From positions 1 through 64,000 of IMG/VR virus record IMGVR_UViG_3300042868_009486: DNA of 64,000 bases, one strand, 5' to 3'. This stretch comes from an uncultured virus (IMG/VR IMGVR_UViG_3300042868_009486). Its lineage: Duplodnaviria > Heunggongvirae > Uroviricota > Caudoviricetes. The first letter of the stretch is position 1, and the number at the start of each line of letters is the position of its first letter. Positions 59,306-64,000 of the stretch are shown piece after piece. Below the pieces are notes generated by a model that saw only the letters and a list, made by a program, of their open reading frames with translations, did no database searches and was not told where the DNA came from. The position numbers and the translations under genes are program-made.

Positions 59306-61428
59306 TGGACAAAGATTTATCACTAAATATTGAACTACTTAGACAATTATCATTAATCAATTTTGATAGATCTAAGACTTTAATGGAACAAACCGTTAAA
59401 AGTGATAGATTAGGTTCAGAAGGGCAGTTCCAACCATTAATTGATACTAACAGACCATCTAAAGACACGACAGTTGCATATAGAGTTTTTGAAAAAATTA
59501 AAAAAGAAATAAACAAAGATTCATACTGGGTTGAGTTTTGGAAATGGGGTACAGATGAGGACGGATTACTAGAATCATTAAAAACCTTAAAAAACAAAAA
59601 TCAGTATGACATACTTTTAAAATTAATACACAAAAATTTTCCCGAATCGGTAGGGTTAACAATAATTCAGTTTTTACAACAACAAGAGTTTAGTGTTGCC
59701 CAAGACCCATTTTTTCAAGAACTTAATAGGGATGTTAATATGGCTTCTGAAATACAATATCAGAAAAATGACAAATGGTTAATACAATATCAAAATATTC
59801 TTCAAAAATTTAATCCATATGAAAAATATTCTTATGAATCAGTTTTTGACCCATCCACAACAATAGCCAAACAAATGATACCTCCATATACAAGAGAACT
59901 TTTACATGTTGTGTTACCCGTATCTGCGGTATTAGTTGCAATAGCGACGGGTGGTATTGGAACTAGTTTAGGTTATGGATTAGTAGAGTTTTCACTCGAA
60001 TTATTAGATGCTGCTATTTATGCCACGGTAGATGGTGATATATATATGGCAGGATTAGGTATGGTATTTGCTTTAGTGCCTGGTTTTACTCTTTTGGCAA
60101 AATACCTAAAGAATATGGGCATACCTAAGTTCAAAAAGTTTTTAGAAAAGTTAGGTTTATGGAAAGCAGGAAAGATCGGTTCCGAATCGTTAAGTTCACA
60201 AGAAAGACAAGCTTTAAATGAATTTATTGAGAATCAAGACTATTATGTAAAATTGGCACTTAAAACTGCCATGAAAAATGTAGTAACCAAAACACTAATG
60301 ACTCTAACTAAAAATGTAGAAAAGTTTTTAGAATTTTTACTATACTTAGTAAAAAAATCTTTGTTACCTGCAAATTTTTTAACACAAGCAGGTCTTGTAA
60401 TGGGAGGTGGTTTTATGACATGGGACGCAATCGCAAGTGGTCTTGGAGTTTGTAGGTCGTTTAGTCTACAAGACCTTGAAGGTTCAGAAAATAAAATATT
60501 ATCTCTCTTAGGTAAAATTGGCGGAGCAACACAAAGATTTGCTGAAAGATGCGATACAGAAGAGAAAGAAAAACTAATTGATGACATAGAGAAACAACTT
60601 AGTACTTTAAAGGATATTGTTGTCATGTCATTGGAACAAATAATAAAATCTAATCTTACATTTAGTGAGAAAAATTTTAAGAATACTTTTATGTATGAAG
60701 TTGTTTTTATTCAGTATGTTCTAAAAAAACTAGGTATTAAAAGTGATCAAAAAGTTGCTAGCTATAGCTACGATAGTAAAAATATGATTTTGAACTTTCA
60801 GAATGCTGAAGAAATAAGTAGTGTCAAAGTGTATAGTGTTTACGGTAGAGAAATGGCATCAAAAAATAATGATGAAAAAACTAACATACTTGTTGACATG
60901 TCTAAATTACAAGAAGGGGTATATATAGTTAATATTACATTATCGGACGATACAAAACGAAACTTCAAAATATTTTCTTTGAAAAAGTCGTCTCCCGCAT
61001 ATAATTTGGGTGCCGTTAATTCATCATTCAAATGGGGATATTATGATAAATACACTGAAAATGTAATTAAAAAATATCAAAAAAATAGAGGATTGAATCC
61101 TGACGGTGTTTGTGGAAATGATACATTAGAATCATTATTGGAAGACTCCAAAAAATTTGACAAAATAAATAATTACGGTAATATTTCTTTAGATTCAAAA
61201 TCAATAAAATTAGCTATAGAACAAGCGAGTTCTCAAATCGAAAAAAATCAACTTGAGTGGGAAAAGAAGAATGAAAGTCAAGTCACTAAAGAAGAAGTAC
61301 AGGAGGAATTAAACAAACAAAAAGGAAAAAAAATAAAAGAAATTACCGATGATTTAAATGACCTCGAGTTTGATGAAAATATGTTAAATATGGTAAGTAA
61401 AAAATCAGACACCTTGATAAAGAACTGA
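59302..61428 (+). CDS. leader-bearing large protein with hydrophobic helices and a split PG-binding domain
   Basis: ELLRQLSLINFDRSKTLMEQ; GTDE..L; hydrophobic mid region; GYYDKYTE..IKKYQ..RGL.PDG.CG..T. Confidence 0.75.
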   Translation: MMDKDLSLNIELLRQLSLINFDRSKTLMEQTVKSDRLGSEGQFQPLIDTNRPSKDTTVAYRVFEKIKKEINKDSYWVEFWKWGTDEDGLLESLKTLKNKNQYDILLKLIHKNFPESVGLTIIQFLQQQEFSVAQDPFFQELNRDVNMASEIQYQKNDKWLIQYQNILQKFNPYEKYSYESVFDPSTTIAKQMIPPYTRELLHVVLPVSAVLVAIATGGIGTSLGYGLVEFSLELLDAAIYATVDGDIYMAGLGMVFALVPGFTLLAKYLKNMGIPKFKKFLEKLGLWKAGKIGSESLSSQERQALNEFIENQDYYVKLALKTAMKNVVTKTLMTLTKNVEKFLEFLLYLVKKSLLPANFLTQAGLVMGGGFMTWDAIASGLGVCRSFSLQDLEGSENKILSLLGKIGGATQRFAERCDTEEKEKLIDDIEKQLSTLKDIVVMSLEQIIKSNLTFSEKNFKNTFMYEVVFIQYVLKKLGIKSDQKVASYSYDSKNMILNFQNAEEISSVKVYSVYGREMASKNNDEKTNILVDMSKLQEGVYIVNITLSDDTKRNFKIFSLKKSSPAYNLGAVNSSFKWGYYDKYTENVIKKYQKNRGLNPDGVCGNDTLESLLEDSKKFDKINNYGNISLDSKSIKLAIEQASSQIEKNQLEWEKKNESQVTKEEVQEELNKQKGKKIKEITDDLNDLEFDENMLNMVSKKSDTLIKN

Positions 61429-61469
61429 TAAACTATATTATTTAAATAATTAGGGTATATTTATATAAA

Positions 61470-64000
61470 ATGAAAAAAGAACTCATATCTGAAATATCGA
61501 GAATACAGGAACTCATGGGTGTTCAAAAACTAATTGTTGAACAAGGAACTTGGTTAAAAACTTTAGCAATCAAAGCACCTAGATCGTTTGATAGTTTTAT
61601 GACAATATTAAAGTCTGTAAGACAAAAGGGCGTTAAAATAACTGATTCGGAATTAGATGAAATACAACTCAAACTAATTGAAGCTGGTGGTCTTACTGAT
61701 GATGAAATTGAAAATCTGATGAAAGTTTTAAGAAATGACATCGAAGTGAGAAAAATACTTTCTACTACAGATGATTTTTTATCTGATTTGGCAAATAAAT
61801 TCCCTGACGATGCCGTTCCGAATACATCATTGGCGGGACTTTCCAAAATTAAACTTAATCCCGATCAAATAAAGAAAATATCAGAAGATGCCGTAAAAGC
61901 ATTACTTCGTAACAGAAACCATCCAATGAATCGTTTATATACGCTATTAGATGAAACTTTTTACGAGGCGATATATGGAATATCCACATCAGGACAAAAG
62001 TTAAATAATGTTGACGAAGTATTTGATTTGATCGACGATAACATTAATTACATAATTAAACACAATGTAAAAACGGGAAAAATTGACCCGTCGATAGTGG
62101 ATCCAAACTTGCTTTTTCAACAAACATCAGAATTCTTAAGAAATTTTTCAAAAACAAAACAGTTACTAGATGATATGGTTGAAAACAAACAAGTATTCAA
62201 CTATCCAAAAAGAACAAAAACTGTAAAATATGGGGACGCCCCTTTAGGTTTAAACGCTGATGAGGTTATTAAAAGCATTGGTGGACAAGGAGTTGATGCA
62301 AAGTTTTTAAGCAAATACGAAGAATTATTACAAAAAAATCAGGATGAATTAAACGACCAACAAAAACAATTTATAAAAGATGTTGATGATTTCAAAAAGG
62401 GGATTGATGTAAATCTTGATGACTCCCTTGAATTTGTAATTAGATCAGAAAGATTGGAAGAATTAGGAAACACATTTAAAATTTTGAGTGCGAAAAATGT
62501 AAATTTTGATTCATGGTATGTTAAATATTTTAGACCATTATTTAGATGGTGGGTTGCAAATTTTGAAGTATTAGTTGATGCAGTAATCAATAGTACCTTG
62601 AAACCTAAATTTGAAACATATGCTAAAGAATTTGAAAAGGCGTTCGGAGAGGGATTGGCAGCATATAGAAATGTTAGTGAAAACCCAACAAAGTTAGATC
62701 CATATTATCTTTTTAAAATAAAAGATAGATTACTAAAACTACGATCTGAAATTATTTTGGATCCGGCAAAATATAGTCGAGAACTTTTTGTAGAAGATTT
62801 GTGGAAGGCTTTCAAAGAAAACGCGGTTAAGAAACTTACAACCCAACAAGATATAGAGTCATTCCAAAGTTTTTGTAAAGTGGTTGATGAACAACCTCCG
62901 GGTTTTAGATCAGCATCTATTAGAGACCTTTTTAATAAAGCATCTGTCGATGAGGGTGGTATGGACTTTAAAAAAATGTCAGAAGAAACTAGTAAAAAAT
63001 TCGAAGACATGTCCAAAACCGTAAAAAATAATGAAGTTACCACAGTTATTAAGGACAAAATGGGTGAGTTTATTATGAACAGTAAAGTACTGTCATGGTT
63101 TACGACAGGATCTTGGAAGACACCTAGAGAGGTTGAGAGATTATTGGCAACAAAGGGATATAGAGGAAGGACGATTTATTACAACACATTAAAAACTATT
63201 GGTTTAAGATATATTTTAGTTCCGTTTGTTGCCGGATTACTCTCTGCTATTTTTGACGCATTCCAAAAGGCGAGAAATGTAGTTGGGATGGACACCAAGG
63301 ATAAAAATTTATTTGAGGCTTACTGGTTACCCGAATATATCGATTTTATATCAGGTAAGTCAATTGTAGAATTTGGGTTTGAGCAATATATGGGTAAAAT
63401 ACCTGGAGGTAATGAATGGACCGACGTACTACAAATCGCAGTTCCAGGATTTGCGGACAACACGATAATTCAACTTTATAACAGGCTTAGTTATTATAAA
63501 GACAACCCTGGTGAGTATGACAATATTGTGGATGCAACTAAAGCGGCAGTAGGAGAGAAATCTAATCAAGAAATAATTAAGAAAAATGATAAGATAATTG
63601 AAAAGACTAACAATCGTTTGGAGGAGAGAGTTGAAGAAGTTGGTTATGATCAAATAATTAAGACTCAACAAATTGCTCTACCGATTTTTAAAAATCGAGT
63701 AGACGACTTAGTAAAAGAGGGAATTATCGATAAAGAACAAGGAGAATTTGTAAAAAACAATATGAAATATGTTCCAAAGTTACCCAAGGATTACTTAAAT
63801 ATGGTAAAACAAAAACAAAAAGAAATGGTTGCCGCTGGTAATGCGGGTGAATTGTTGACAAAAATGAACACAATATTTGGTGTGTCAAATATTGATATAA
63901 CATCAGTATCAATCCCACGAGGGGTGGATTTAGGGTCTATAGTCTTAAATGGTGATAATGTACAATACTTAGTAGTTCTACAAAAAAGAGATATCTACTC
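61470..64000 (+). CDS. large leader-bearing protein running off the window end (not in ORF track)
   Basis: MKKELISEISRIQELMGVQKLIVEQ; TATTTAT at 61458; frame open at spot checks near 63180 and 63900-64000. Confidence 0.75.
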   Translation, partial: MKKELISEISRIQELMGVQKLIVEQGTWLKTLAIKAPRSFDSFMTILKSVRQKGVKITDSELDEIQLKLIEAGGLTDDEIENLMKVLRNDIEVRKILSTTDDFLSDLANKFPDDAVPNTSLAGLSKIKLNPDQIKKISEDAVKALLRNRNHPMNRLYTLLDETFYEAIYGISTSGQKLNNVDEVFDLIDDNINYIIKHNVKTGKIDPSIVDPNLLFQQTSEFLRNFSKTKQLLDDMVENKQVFNYPKRTKTVKYGDAPLGLNADEVIKSIGGQGVDAKFLSKYEELLQKNQDELNDQQKQFIKDVDDFKKGIDVNLDDSLEFVIRSERLEELGNTFKILSAKNVNFDSWYVKYFRPLFRWWVANFEVLVDAVINSTLKPKFETYAKEFEKAFGEGLAAYRNVSENPTKLDPYYLFKIKDRLLKLRSEIILDPAKYSRELFVEDLWKAFKENAVKKLTTQQDIESFQSFCKVVDEQPPGFRSASIRDLFNKASVDEGGMDFKKMSEETSKKFEDMSKTVKNNEVTTVIKDKMGEFIMNSKVLSWFTTGSWKTPREVERLLATKGYRGRTIYYNTLKTIGLRYILVPFVAGLLSAIFDAFQKARNVVGMDTKDKNLFEAYWLPEYIDFISGKSIVEFGFEQYMGKIPGGNEWTDVLQIAVPGFADNTIIQLYNRLSYYKDNPGEYDNIVDATKAAVGEKSNQEIIKKNDKIIEKTNNRLEERVEEVGYDQIIKTQQIALPIFKNRVDDLVKEGIIDKEQGEFVKNNMKYVPKLPKDYLNMVKQKQKEMVAAGNAGELLTKMNTIFGVSNIDITSVSIPRGVDLGSIVLNGDNVQYLVVLQKRDIY

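Noticed and set aside
233..61031. Many short antisense or alternate-frame ORFs (e.g. 233..430, 14729..15043, 28914..29219, 53731..53994)
   Set aside because: They overlap better-supported genes and look like antisense shadows of AT-rich coding DNA
61523..63918. Tracked minus-strand ORFs at the window end
   Set aside because: They are shadows of a long + strand ORF starting at 61470 that the track missed because it has no stop in the window
1..64000. Alternative genetic code (stop-codon reassignment)
   Set aside because: Long ORFs tile the window under the standard code, and TAA, TAG and TGA all end genes at sensible, often coupled positions
1..64000. Bacterial chromosome origin for the window
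   Set aside because: No housekeeping operons; host-like genes are isolated among dense small hypothetical ORFs with phage-like lysins. Phage identity remains an inference because no capsid or terminase gene is in the window

Overview
AT-rich, gene-dense 64 kb segment, almost all on the + strand. It is best read as the accessory region of a large dsDNA (jumbo-like) bacteriophage of a Bacteroidota host. Evidence: many short hypothetical ORFs, TAnnTTTG host-type promoters, two T9SS-sorting-domain genes, several peptidoglycan enzymes, UvrC, thioredoxin, an FKBP and an R-M-like pair. No rRNA, tRNA, CRISPR array or recognisable capsid/terminase/polymerase gene was seen. Main observations: (1) about 40 otherwise unrelated proteins share a few short N-terminal leader families ending in [L/I/M]-x-E, and their transcription units usually start behind a strand-oriented TATTTAT motif. 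(2) A 904-aa ORF looks like a polyprotein of about 7 modules joined by the same x-x-E|S signature, including an ADP-ribosyltransferase-like module. I infer a capsid-targeting / protease-release cargo system analogous to T4 internal proteins but much expanded. (3) Four ~80-87 nt hairpin elements sit just after stop codons at 28.4-32.4 kb, leading into a palindrome-rich non-coding region (candidate origin). (4) Deletion, chimera and duplication scars show active module shuffling. All family calls are from motif recognition by eye, not database searches.
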